Positions 20,886 to 31,256 of a stretch of 64,000 nt of DNA are shown here, one piece after another. Origin of the DNA: Corallochytrium limacisporum Hawaii (Eukaryota; Protista; Pluriformea); the NCBI GenBank assembly GCA_002811645.1, contig PDIP01000001.1, positions 124,001-188,000 on the forward strand, written 5' to 3'. Position 1 is the first letter of the stretch, and each line of letters opens with the position of its first letter. Below the pieces are notes generated by a model that did not search any database, was not told the origin of the DNA, and saw only the letters and a program-made list of their open reading frames with translations. Made by a program: the position numbers and the translations under genes.

Positions 20886-22394
20886 TTTGCCCCCCTAGTT
20901 TCCGCTCTCAGAGCTGTTTTCTTGGATTGTCGTTTGGTGCGTATCACTTCCCGTACTTCACAAGGTGTACTAGTCAACCTCTATGCGCCTCTGCTAGGAA
21001 TTCTCTTCAGCTACTCTCCAACTGTAAACACCGACTGTAAGGTGTACTTAACGTACCTTCTTTGCAAAGTTTGATCACTGTGTAGCACCGACTCGTCAGG
21101 TACGTCGTCATTCTCTCGCACCTCGCTGCGTTCGTTGGGAGGGGGGTTTCCTCTCAGGGTCTCGCCCCACCGCTGCTAGCCCTCGCTATCTCTCTCCCAA
21201 GGCTCAGTCGTTTCCCGGACACGCTCTTGGAGAAAACCCTTTCTTTTTTTGTTTCAACTTTTCTCCTTTATCTCTCTCTCACCTTCAACTGCGGCATGCC
21301 AAAACTTCCCATAATCTTTGCTGGTCAGAGAATATTAAATAGAAAAAGGAGGGCGGGTGGTGGTGGTGGTCGTTGTTCAGTGGCCTTCCCCGCTGCAAAA
21401 GAAAATTCACGGGCCCCTTGGCCTTAATTCTTGCCTTTTGGGACACAGTGGCCCGAGCGAGATGGCAAAAAGCCGGGCCCTTTTGAAAAGAATAAACACT
21501 GCTGCTGCTGCTGCCCCCCCCCCCAGGGGGACTCGAAAAAATCGTGGACGGTTAAAAAAATTTTCTTCGCCTTCACAATCTCCCTTCTGTCCCCCCCGTC
21601 ACCGAGACATTGACTACTGACAAGAGGGCAAAAAACCACACGTACAAAGAGCCCCCCCCCCGGGGGGCCGAGGGGGGGGGGTGGCATCCATCCACCCGGA
21701 CTCGTTCGGTCGGTGGTCCTCTCCGTCGCGACAGCAAATTTCGCGGGGCGGGCCGAACTTTGCCAAAGAACCGAGGGGCCGAAGGTGGGGGAAGGAGGGG
21801 AGAGGGCAAGGGAAAAAAGGGAGGGAGGGCGGTTTGGCTGTGTGCTGGTACACTGACTCTGCCCTGGCTGAAATTCCTTCGTGCTCATATCATCATCCCT
21901 CCAGCCAGTAGAAAGCTCCGGTTACGGGTGACGGTAGCGGTAGGGCGAGGGGAAGAGTGCAGGACGATGAGGCCGGTGACCACCGGGGATACTGGCACCG
22001 AAGAGCTTGTAGGTGCCGAAACGATGGCCCAGGCAAGGCACTCGTTTCATGCAAAATCAAGAAGTGAACTTTTTGCCATCTTCGGGATTCAAGTCCAACA
22101 TTGTGCCGCTCCCTTTGGTCCTCGACACTGTGCCACACGCATTTGGGCCTACGCAAGGACCCTGCAAACAGCAGCTTTCGTACCACCTACCTTGCGCACT
22201 CATGCACACTCTATCGCATTTTTCTGCGCAGCTCTGAACTAGAAAATAAAAATCGATGGCTGCTGGAACAGCATGAAGAGTTGACATCATCTGGTGTTTG
22301 CAAAAATGCATGGCGTTTACGTGAGCTCATGTGGTGATTGTCTTACAACATGGTTTAATAATGTGGTTTAGAAATATCACGTTCTGTTGCTAAT

Positions 22395-24137
22395 CTACAT
22401 GTCCGGGAATCCCTGGCTCTCGAGCTGGTCAAGCTGTTCAACGAGACGCGGGATAGTGCCGAGGTGGCGGTTGAGTTCGACCTCTTCCTTGGCGGCCACA
22501 AACTGCATGAGCTGCGGTTCCATGAAGCTGAACTGGATAGCTTTATCGTAGCATTCGATCGACTTCTGGACCTCGAACTGCTTCAGATATACCCGAGCCA
22601 GAGCTGCGTAGGCATCAACATTCTCCGGATCCTTCTTGATTGCCAGTTCGTAGTTTTCGTGCGCCTCCTTGACCTTACCCATCTGCAGGAGAATGATGCC
22701 CTTGTACAGGTATGGGAACGGTGAATCAGAGTCCTTCTCGATGGAAGTGTCAAAATACTTCATGGCATCGTCATACTTCTGCTGCATGCCATAGATGAAG
22801 GCCAGGTTGTAATAGGGATCCGCCTTATCCCCAAAGCGTTCCATGGCGCTCTTCAGGGTCTCCACACCCTTGTCAAAATTCTTGGCGAAGGCATTGGCAA
22901 TGGCAGACTGGTTCAGCGGCTCCAGGCGATCGGGCGCCAGTTCCATGGCCTTCTCGTAGTCACTAATGGCCTTTGGCATTTCCAAAGCCTCCGCGTGGGA
23001 CTGTCCACGGTGGAAGAAACAGAGCCAGTCCTTCTTTCCGATGTTGCAGGCCTTGCCAAAGAGGGCCATGGCCTCATCAGTCTTACCGTGAGACATGAAG
23101 ATGGTGGCCTTGCGCACCATGGCACGGGCATTCTTGGGATGCTTGCTAAGGACGTCGTTGAGGATTTCCTTGGCCTCATCGCTCAGACCATGCATGAAGC
23201 ACAGCGTGGCCAGCTGTCCACCGATCTCGTCACTGTTCGGGTACGTCTTGTAGGCCGTGCGGTAGTAATCCAGTGCAGCTTCGTAGTCCTCATCTGCCAA
23301 CAGCTTCTGGCCCTTGCGCTCCGCTTCTTCCCGGGGGTCTTCCTTGTGCGCATTCAAAGTGCTCAGGTCCTCCGGCAGGAAGGTGTTTACGTAAATCTTG
23401 ATCATGCTCTTCGGCCTCATGCGCCCGCTGGTATTCTTCATCATCTGCTGGGTCTCGTCAATGACCATGGGTTCAAAGAGACGGCTCACCACCGTTTCCA
23501 CCGTCTTGGCACGGGTGAATTCGTCATCACCGAAGTTGGTAGCATTGAGTAGATCATACATGGCCAGCTTGAAGGACTTCTTCTTTTCATATAGGTCTCC
23601 GCGGCGCTTGTACGCCTTGGCGTACCGGTCGTTCACCTTAACGGCTCTCGAGTAAGCTTCGATGGCCTTGTCATCCTCCTTCATGCGCTGATAACAGGCA
23701 CCCTTGTTGTACTCCAGGGTTGAGATCTTCGGATCGTTCTGACCGTAGATCTTCTCCGCCTCCTCGTACTTCTCGATGGCCTCCAGATACTTTTCCTTCT
23801 TATAAAATTCGGCACCCTGTGCACTCAGCTTTGCCGCACGTTTGCGTTCTGGATCACTGGTTTTAGGGACTTCCTTCGTAGCATCAGCGAACGATTTGCC
23901 CGGGGTGGTGCCCTTGGGAGGTAAGCTGGCCGGCGTGGCGTTACCCTTTTCCGCCTTGTCTGCTGCCTTCACGACCGCAGGTTCGTCGTGCTCGTCATCA
24001 TCGTCTTGGTCATCCGGTTTGCGGGTGATTTTGTAACCAGCATAGAACACAATCAGACCAGCAGTGAGACCGAGCAGAGCCTTCTCCGTGGTGGAGAGCT
24101 TCTGAAACTCCGCCTTGATCTCGTCCAACAGACCCAT
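22395..24137 (-). CDS. TOMM70: Mitochondrial import receptor Tom70 (TPR protein)
   Basis: N-terminal signal-anchor (ALLGLTAGLIVFYAGY), acidic/basic linker, clamp TPRs and about 8 further TPRs. Likely start is MGLLDE at 24137. Confidence 0.85.
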   Translation of the reverse strand: MGLLDEIKAEFQKLSTTEKALLGLTAGLIVFYAGYKITRKPDDQDDDDEHDEPAVVKAADKAEKGNATPASLPPKGTTPGKSFADATKEVPKTSDPERKRAAKLSAQGAEFYKKEKYLEAIEKYEEAEKIYGQNDPKISTLEYNKGACYQRMKEDDKAIEAYSRAVKVNDRYAKAYKRRGDLYEKKKSFKLAMYDLLNATNFGDDEFTRAKTVETVVSRLFEPMVIDETQQMMKNTSGRMRPKSMIKIYVNTFLPEDLSTLNAHKEDPREEAERKGQKLLADEDYEAALDYYRTAYKTYPNSDEIGGQLATLCFMHGLSDEAKEILNDVLSKHPKNARAMVRKATIFMSHGKTDEAMALFGKACNIGKKDWLCFFHRGQSHAEALEMPKAISDYEKAMELAPDRLEPLNQSAIANAFAKNFDKGVETLKSAMERFGDKADPYYNLAFIYGMQQKYDDAMKYFDTSIEKDSDSPFPYLYKGIILLQMGKVKEAHENYELAIKKDPENVDAYAALARVYLKQFEVQKSIECYDKAIQFSFMEPQLMQFVAAKEEVELNRHLGTIPRLVEQLDQLESQGFPDM

Positions 24138-25011
24138 TGTTTGGACGTGAGGTCGGCGCTTGGTGATACCCTCCTTTACGATTTCCTCGCTTTGTTGGGC
24201 AGTGGCTCTGGTAGCATTGGTAAACTGTTCCTCTGACTGAAGTAGCCAAACAAGTGGGGAACCTCTATCTGAAGCAAGCCGACAGCGGCCTCTGATACAC
24301 ATGACTTTTTCTTACACACTCTTGGCTTCATGACGCAGACTACCCCCTCTCCCCCGTGTGTGCCTGCCCGGTCCGCCGGGCGGAGGTCAAGGAGTGGTAA
24401 TAGAAAAAAAGAAAAAAAATGAAATCGAACTGTGCGGACCAGCGCGTATGCCGGAGAGAGCGGAGGAAAACACCGTCCAGGTTGGAGAACCGGAGCGGCA
24501 ACCCAAAAATCCCCAGCCCCACGCAGCAAGTGAGCGCCGGAAGCAAAGGAAAAATGTTTACATCGCGCGCGCCAGAAGCGCATTGCGGAGATCCACGGTG
24601 CTGCGCGGTGTGTTCTCGCACACACAGAGTAACATGTGACGTTTGGGAATCTCGCTCCCGTTTCTCTCAACTTCGTGGCCAACTAAAATTGCTCACCAAA
24701 GGGAACTGTGTACTGAACTTAGGGGCCGAATTCCATGTGTTTGTTGACACTTTTGCGCTGCGAAGAACAGAGGAGGAAGGGGGAGGCATTGTTGGTAGAT
24801 ACTATCAATTTTATTGATTTATATCATTGCGAGCTTGGGGGAGAGGATCGACTAGGGGGTTGCTCGGGCGATAAAGGCGCATCCTGTGTTAATGCCACAG
24901 GTTGTGAACATGGATCAGTTATTTGTGACAGGATCATTGAGCGCACAGAAAACTTCAATGGATCGCTGTTGGGGGCCATAAAGCCTCGCATCTGGGAATT
25001 TCTGCTTCCCA

Positions 25012-25335
25012 ATGGAGGTCGAAGAAGAGCACTTTGATCCGCTGGGACACCGTCCCGTCACGGTAGACGAGCTTCTGTGGGCTGCACAGGAGACCTTGAG
25101 GAACAAGTCGAGACCTGATGCAAAGCCAAGACGTACTAGAACCAAGCTGGACACTGATGGTGATGACGACGGTGGCGACACGGATCCCGAAGAGGCCCCG
25201 GTCGACAGGGTAGAGGCTGCGAGTGATCAGGCCTCGGTACCGCTCTCGGAGATGAGGAAGAAGAAACCATTGGACAACAGCGTCAATACCAACAGCACAA
25301 GCAACGACTACGAGTTCTTGGATGATTTACTGTAA
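25012..25335 (+). CDS. Small acidic hypothetical protein (107 aa)
   Basis: ATG-initiated ORF with coding-like composition, ending 78 bp from the convergent MetRS stop. No family recognised. Confidence 0.65.
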   Translation: MEVEEEHFDPLGHRPVTVDELLWAAQETLRNKSRPDAKPRRTRTKLDTDGDDDGGDTDPEEAPVDRVEAASDQASVPLSEMRKKKPLDNSVNTNSTSNDYEFLDDLL

Positions 25336-25413
25336 TGCACAGGTATAATTATAGCACTGCTTATTAAACGTTTCTACATTTCGTACAGTTTACATGTTCT
25401 AGTTGCACACGCT

Positions 25414-28269
25414 TTACTTCTTGGCGGGGAGCATACCCGCCTCTTCCTTGAGGGCCAACAGGATCTGGACCTCTCCCTTGATCACAGTGGGATCCGCCTT
25501 GGCAGCTTTCAATTCGCGAATTTTGGTGCCCTGGGCCTCAATTTTTTGAGCCAGTTCAGGAGGCACGTTATCGGGAATGACGGAAGGGGCAGGAGTCTTG
25601 CCGTTGGCCTTCTTCTCCTTCTTGCTCGGGTTCTTGACTTGCTTCTGGTCACCGCCCTTTTGCTTCTTCTTGTCATTCTTGCCTGCACCTGGTAGTTGCG
25701 CCTTTAGACCAAGCAAGATCTTCACTTCTGCATCGATGACGTCCTTCTCGGCCTTTTGAGTCTTCAGTTCGCGGACCTTGTTTCCCTGTGCAGCAATGGC
25801 ATCTTCCAGAGCCTGGCCCTCCAGCTTTGGGACTTCCGGGGCCTTCTTATCCCCCTCGTTGCCACTGAACTGGTCACGCCATTTCTTGACCTCCTCATCT
25901 TCGATTTTGCGGAAGAGCAGTTCAGCCTTACCAAGTGCATGTCCGGGAGCCAGGGTGGGCCGGAACACCTTGTCGACGACAACCTTCTTGGCGTTAACTT
26001 GCTGCAAAATCCTTTCTGCGACAGTGGGCATATATGGCTCTATCAAAGAGCTGAGGGTGTGCACAAGCTGCAGGGCGACGGCACAGGTGGTGCCAGCACG
26101 CTCCGGGTCGGTCTTGATTGTCTTCCACGGTTCCTGCATCTGCAAGTACTGATTTCCCAGGCGACTGACCGCCATCGCATTTCGCAGAGCATCGCGCATC
26201 TTGACAGTTTCCAGGTTGTCAACGTATGCCGCCAATTCGACGTTGATATGGGCAAAGAGGTTGTACTCCTGCTCACCAACCTTCATCTCAGGTACCTTGC
26301 CATCGAACTTCGACGCCGTGAAGCTAATGGCACGATTCACAAAGTTACCCAAATTGTTCAGCAGCTCGCCGTTGTTGCGGCTCTGGAAATCACTCCAAGT
26401 AAAGGCACTGTCCGCACCCTCGGGGCGGATGGACAGTAGGTAGTACCGAAATACATCAGCGTCCACACCAGTGACTTCAGCATCGGTGCCAAACACGCCA
26501 ATACCACGACTCTTGCTGAACTTAGTGTCTTCGTAATTCAGGTACTCGACGGCATTCAGATGGCTTAATAGGGTCCAGCCGTCGTTGGTTCCGAGGAGGC
26601 ACGAGGGGAAAATTACTGAGTGGAACGGTACATTATCCTTGGCCATGAACTGGTATAGCTCAACATTCTCAGGATTCTTCCACCACTCTTCCCACTTGTC
26701 GGTGTAGTTGGCAGTAATTGAGGGATATCCGATAGGTGCATCGTACCACACATAGAACACCTTGTTCTGAAACTCCTCACCAACATCATCAGGCAACGGG
26801 GTTCCCCACTTCAAATCGCGAGTAATGCAACGAGGCTGTAGACCCATCTTCAACCACGAGCGAGTAATGGCTTGGGCCGTAGTGCTCCACTTACCTTCCT
26901 CGATGCTCTGATCCAAGAAGGCCTCCAGCTTCTGCTCAATGCTAGGAAGATCTAAGAACAAGTGTTTTGACTGCTGAACCACCGGAGCACTTCCACAGAT
27001 CTTACAGCGAGGCTTGATCAGCTCAGTGGCGTTTAACAGGTTTGAGCACTTATCACATTGATCGCCCCGGGCATCATCATAACCGCATTTGGGGCAAGTG
27101 CCTTCGACAAAACGGTCAGCGAGAAACTTGTCGTCCTTGAGGCATTTCAGCTGCTCCATTGAGTCTGTGGTCAGATGCCCGTGTCCACGAAGTTTCTTAA
27201 AGATGTCCTGAGCAATCTCGGTCTGCTGTGGCGTGGTCGTGCGTCCGAAAAGAGTAAAGCTGATGTTGAACCAGTCGTAAACCTTCTTGTGCAAAGCGTG
27301 GTACTTATCACAAATCTCTTGAGGAGTCAGGCCTTCCTGAAGTGCTTTAGTCTCTGTCGCAGTCCCGTACTCATCGGTACCACAGATATAAATTGTGTTA
27401 TAACCGCGGTTGCGGCAGAAGCGTGCGTACACATCGGCACTCAAGACACACCCGATGACGTTACCCAGATGGGGGACATTGTTGACGTAAGGCAAGGCAC
27501 TCGTAACCATGACATTGCGGCGACCCTTGACCGGGAGAATTGGATGAACCTCCTCCGGGACAGCAGGAGTAGTGTCCTTGGATTCCCAAGCCTTCTTAGC
27601 AGCCTCAATCTGTGCCTCATCGACCTTCACGGTCAGGTCGTCAACCTCTGCCTGCTCGACGCCCGCTCCGGGGACTAAACTTTTGCGCATCAATGCGGCA
27701 TCATTGAACAGGACGTGGGTTGCGGCCAGGGCAATGGGACCGGACTTGGTTAGCTCGGCGAGGTACGCTGTCACGCCCTTTGTGAAGTGCTTGTCAATGG
27801 TAGCCTTCTTCATGTATGCCTTAGTGGCACGAAGAGTAGAACCCACAATAATGTCAACCACCACAGACCGACCGACTTTAGTGCTGAGGTACTTCTGTTC
27901 AAAATGCTTGACGCACTTTTCCAGAGCGATGCCGTCGTTGTTCACAACCGCCGGCAAAAGTTGGTTTGCTTCCCACACAGACCAGTACAGCTGGTCAACA
28001 ACAGCAGTCATGGTGTGACCCTGCAGTATTGCCATGACCACGGCATTTGCTTCCGTGTACACTTCCTCGCTACCCCCGAGCGTGGCCTGGAACTTGCTAC
28101 CTGGTGCGGACACGGGGTTCACATTCACATTGCTGATCTGTCCTCCATCTCTTTCAATGACTGCAGCCAAGACCTTGGCATGGTCCAGAGATTGATGAGG
28201 CTCACCCAAAATATCCAAAGCCACGCTGTGCGGGCTGGCGGCACTCCCACCCTTGTCTTTCTTACCCAT
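25414..28269 (-). CDS. MARS1: Cytoplasmic methionyl-tRNA synthetase with N-terminal GST-like extension and two C-terminal WHEP domains
   Basis: TSALPYVNNVPHLGN (HIGH), ICGTDEYGT, Zn knuckles, CITRDLKWG, KFSKSRG (KMSKS), and two QGxKxRELK WHEP repeats. Confidence 0.97.
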   Translation of the reverse strand: MGKKDKGGSAASPHSVALDILGEPHQSLDHAKVLAAVIERDGGQISNVNVNPVSAPGSKFQATLGGSEEVYTEANAVVMAILQGHTMTAVVDQLYWSVWEANQLLPAVVNNDGIALEKCVKHFEQKYLSTKVGRSVVVDIIVGSTLRATKAYMKKATIDKHFTKGVTAYLAELTKSGPIALAATHVLFNDAALMRKSLVPGAGVEQAEVDDLTVKVDEAQIEAAKKAWESKDTTPAVPEEVHPILPVKGRRNVMVTSALPYVNNVPHLGNVIGCVLSADVYARFCRNRGYNTIYICGTDEYGTATETKALQEGLTPQEICDKYHALHKKVYDWFNISFTLFGRTTTPQQTEIAQDIFKKLRGHGHLTTDSMEQLKCLKDDKFLADRFVEGTCPKCGYDDARGDQCDKCSNLLNATELIKPRCKICGSAPVVQQSKHLFLDLPSIEQKLEAFLDQSIEEGKWSTTAQAITRSWLKMGLQPRCITRDLKWGTPLPDDVGEEFQNKVFYVWYDAPIGYPSITANYTDKWEEWWKNPENVELYQFMAKDNVPFHSVIFPSCLLGTNDGWTLLSHLNAVEYLNYEDTKFSKSRGIGVFGTDAEVTGVDADVFRYYLLSIRPEGADSAFTWSDFQSRNNGELLNNLGNFVNRAISFTASKFDGKVPEMKVGEQEYNLFAHINVELAAYVDNLETVKMRDALRNAMAVSRLGNQYLQMQEPWKTIKTDPERAGTTCAVALQLVHTLSSLIEPYMPTVAERILQQVNAKKVVVDKVFRPTLAPGHALGKAELLFRKIEDEEVKKWRDQFSGNEGDKKAPEVPKLEGQALEDAIAAQGNKVRELKTQKAEKDVIDAEVKILLGLKAQLPGAGKNDKKKQKGGDQKQVKNPSKKEKKANGKTPAPSVIPDNVPPELAQKIEAQGTKIRELKAAKADPTVIKGEVQILLALKEEAGMLPAKK

Positions 28270-28789
28270 GGTTAAGCCAGTTTCCCTTGGGACACGTGCT
28301 CCCGGCTATTGATTTCAGTGGACTAGCACTAACTTACGAAGTCTCAACGTTCATGTCACAGTGCGCAATTTCACAATTTGTACCCTTCCGCAAAACGCTC
28401 GCACAGTATTCAACTCGATGCTCATTAATCTCTCATTTGTCTGCCGATTGTTGGTTTCAAAAACACAAGCTGGCCGTTCGCACAGTACGCTCCCGTGCAT
28501 CCCCTTACCCATCTCCTAGCGAAAAGGTCCGTTTGAGACCCCCCCTTTCGCGGGAGGGGGAGCAAGTGAGGATGCACGCTGCTTTGCAAGTTCCTCTTTC
28601 GGTCCTTTGAGTACTGACGATATGGTAGTGGTTGAACACGCAAGCCACGGACCCGGAGAAACAAAATAACAGGGGCGGATTTGATAAGGGGAGGAAGTTT
28701 GAAAAAAGCCACTGGCAATGGATCAACAATTCGATTGGCTGAGAGGGGAAATAGCCAAGGACGTGAGCACTCCCCCGCCCCGGGGGGGG

Positions 28790-28876
28790 NNNNNNNNNNN
28801 NNNNNNNNNNNNNNNNNNNNNNNNNNNNNNNNNNNNNNNNNNNNNNNNNNNNNNNNNNNNNNNNNNNNNNNNNNNN
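28790..28876. other. Assembly gap (N run) flanked by poly-G
   Basis: N run in sequence. Confidence 1.
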
Positions 28877-29136
28877 GGGGGGGGAGAAGAAGGTGGGTCC
28901 CGAAAGTGGAGCAAGACCACTGTTCTCGTGTTCTCGAAAGTGCGCAGTCGCAAGATGGATGATACTGATAACTTTGCGGCACGGTACGGACAAAACATCC
29001 ATGTTATGGCAACATGATGACAACGTAAAACATCTAACATGAGCATTTTAGCATGATCTATTTGGAAACCATTTGACGCTTTGTTCTGGAATGTGGTCCG
29101 TTTGCTGACGATCATATCTACTATGGTCTCGGTACC

Positions 29137-30384
29137 TTACTGCCGAGGCGGCGTATATACACGGCCCGGGTTCTTGTTGTTCCATTCCTCGTCGAGCCTG
29201 GGTCGCTTATTGCACTGCTGCCATGCACCGTACATCTTACAAGCGACCCGTTCCTGGACGTTACGGGTGTGAATGAGACTGGAGGATACCAGGGGCATAC
29301 CACCAAAAATATGAGAAAAGAGCTGTACGCAGTCGGATCTGCCCTGTTTGTGTTCAGCTCGTTGGCCAAGGCTCACATTCGAGACCTCCTCGCTGAGGTC
29401 AGTGTTGCGATTGTCACCATAGTCCCTTGGATCCCCTTTCACCAGGAGCGGTGGTTGACCTGTGTGCTTCGATATAAGAAAGTTCATGGCGATATCCTCA
29501 CAGTTCATATTGGCATCGATGTGGTCCAGAGCCGCCTGCGGCATATGACAACTATACAATGTTAACCAACTGCTGTCTAGAATCATCAGCTTCGTAAGCA
29601 TCATCGAGTATTGCGTCTTACTGTCCTCATAGACCCATCGATTATTGTCGACAACGTATCGATGATGGCGGGGAAACATTCCTACCATCTTATTTCTGTT
29701 CTGCATCCAGGCCTCAATAGCCGAGTTGAAATCTTCCAGCGGCATCCAGATATCATCGTCCATAACAATCACACACTCTGTCTTAATCCCTTTATGGGGC
29801 AAAAACCGATTATTGAGACTGCCCGTGCTGTACTGAATATGTCGCACATTCTTTGCTGTTGAAACCCGGGCTGGATCCGGCTTGACCTCCATGTTGTTCC
29901 ACATTACAATGGCTTCGTGGACGTATTCAGACTTGAGGTAGATTCCTAGTATTTCTCTTAATACGGGAAGGCGTTGCTCATAGAACTGACTGACTACAAT
30001 AGTACACTGGTCACTTATTCCTCCTCGTAATGCTCCTTGGTTGCACATGTCTGACTTGGTTCTACCGTTCTGGAAGGGAGACGCGAAATATGGGTCTCCA
30101 GCAAACTGAAGCCCCATACGCATTAGTCTCTGTTGCTCTTCTGATGGCACCAATGGCTCTGGAACTGTCGTAGTAAGTACTTCTGCGGGAGTCCTATCAA
30201 CTGGCGGTCCGTGTCCGAATAATGGAAACATACATCCCAGCAGGTAGGCCACAAAAACCAGTACGATCCTCTGCGGGTTGTTCCCCCGCGTCAAGCCACT
30301 TAAGCCACGCAACCTATGACTTATTGGCTTGTTGTCATCTTTGTACTGGCCAATATTCCCATACCCTCCATAGCGACGATCCAT
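29137..30384 (-). CDS. Glycosyltransferase family 64 (EXTL2-like alpha-1,4-N-acetylhexosaminyltransferase), type II membrane
   Basis: TM segment IVLVFVAYLLGCMF; VMWNN, SLNNRF, MDDD, VGMFPR.H, YSMMLTK, NCEDIAMNFL, RSDC. Confidence 0.92.
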   Translation of the reverse strand: MDRRYGGYGNIGQYKDDNKPISHRLRGLSGLTRGNNPQRIVLVFVAYLLGCMFPLFGHGPPVDRTPAEVLTTTVPEPLVPSEEQQRLMRMGLQFAGDPYFASPFQNGRTKSDMCNQGALRGGISDQCTIVVSQFYEQRLPVLREILGIYLKSEYVHEAIVMWNNMEVKPDPARVSTAKNVRHIQYSTGSLNNRFLPHKGIKTECVIVMDDDIWMPLEDFNSAIEAWMQNRNKMVGMFPRHHRYVVDNNRWVYEDSKTQYSMMLTKLMILDSSWLTLYSCHMPQAALDHIDANMNCEDIAMNFLISKHTGQPPLLVKGDPRDYGDNRNTDLSEEVSNVSLGQRAEHKQGRSDCVQLFSHIFGGMPLVSSSLIHTRNVQERVACKMYGAWQQCNKRPRLDEEWNNKNPGRVYTPPRQ

Positions 30385-31044
30385 CTCGGCAAAGCCTCTG
30401 ACCTGCACACTAAACAGTCTCTGCGCTCGTCGTTGGGGTCGCGTTTACCATTTCCCCCTCCTTGCACAAGCTTAATCACATTTCTGCCGTCAGTATTCTG
30501 TTCGGACAGCAAAGATTCTTCCATTCAAGTAACAAGAAGGTGGCAGGCTACAAATCCATTCGCGCGCACCGGGACCTCGAACCGGACTTGGGCTTCACCG
30601 TTGGGTCCCTTCCCGCGGTCTGGGTGTACACCCCGTGGCTGATCAATATTTTTGTCCACGGAGTGCCTTTTCTCGCTCGTGTTCGTCAAAGGCCGAAAAA
30701 CTTTTGGGTTCCGGAAGGAAAACAACGGCGAGCACAGTGTTCGAGGGAAGGCTCCCCCCCCTTCTGCCAAACAGCCAAACGGGCCCAGAGAGCGAGAGAG
30801 AGGGGGAGGAGGGGGGGTTTATCGGGGGTTTGAAGAGAGCGCCAATTCTCCCCCTCTCTCTCTTCGCAGGACAGTAAGTGGGGCTTCCCTGTTGTTCTGT
30901 TTTAGTTTTTGAAAAAGGGGGGGGGGGGGCCGCGGCGCGTTCGGTCGCGCGGGCCCATGGTTTCGCTGGTAGACCAAGTATCGGGGCGGCAGGTGACGCC
31001 TGGGCTCGTTCAAGGGTCCCCCTTGGCTGTTGTCTGTTTTCACT

Positions 31045-31210
31045 GTAAGTTTTCTGTGCATGTGTGGCGATGGACTTTCTGGGAGCCGGGGATGCCCACT
31101 ATGACTGTGCGCTTGAAGGCAATGTGTAGAGTGTTTGGTATACAATGGGTTGCGAATGTGCGCTCTAAGCTTCAAGAAAGAGACAACAATGGTAATTCTC
31201 CTTCTCTTAG
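31045..31210 (+). other. Candidate 5'-UTR intron of PSMD3
   Basis: GTAAGT donors at 31045 (alternative 30874) and a strong pyrimidine tract plus TAG (ttctccttctcttag) ending at 31210, 46 nt before the ATG. Confidence 0.45.
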
Positions 31211-31256
31211 GACAGTGTGTACCGGGAGGTCTGGTGAACATTGTCAAATCGGAAAG

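Noticed and set aside
21610-22242. 210-aa plus-strand ORF between CHMP5 and TOM70
   Set aside because: Starts at TTG, the first half crosses G/C homopolymer promoter tracts, and there is no domain signal.
24138-24302. N-terminal ORF extensions of TOM70 (also PSMD3 30909..31256, RTK 18142, PEX10 43007, CDT2 8881)
   Set aside because: Outside homologous regions, mostly non-ATG starts, and better ATG contexts lie downstream.
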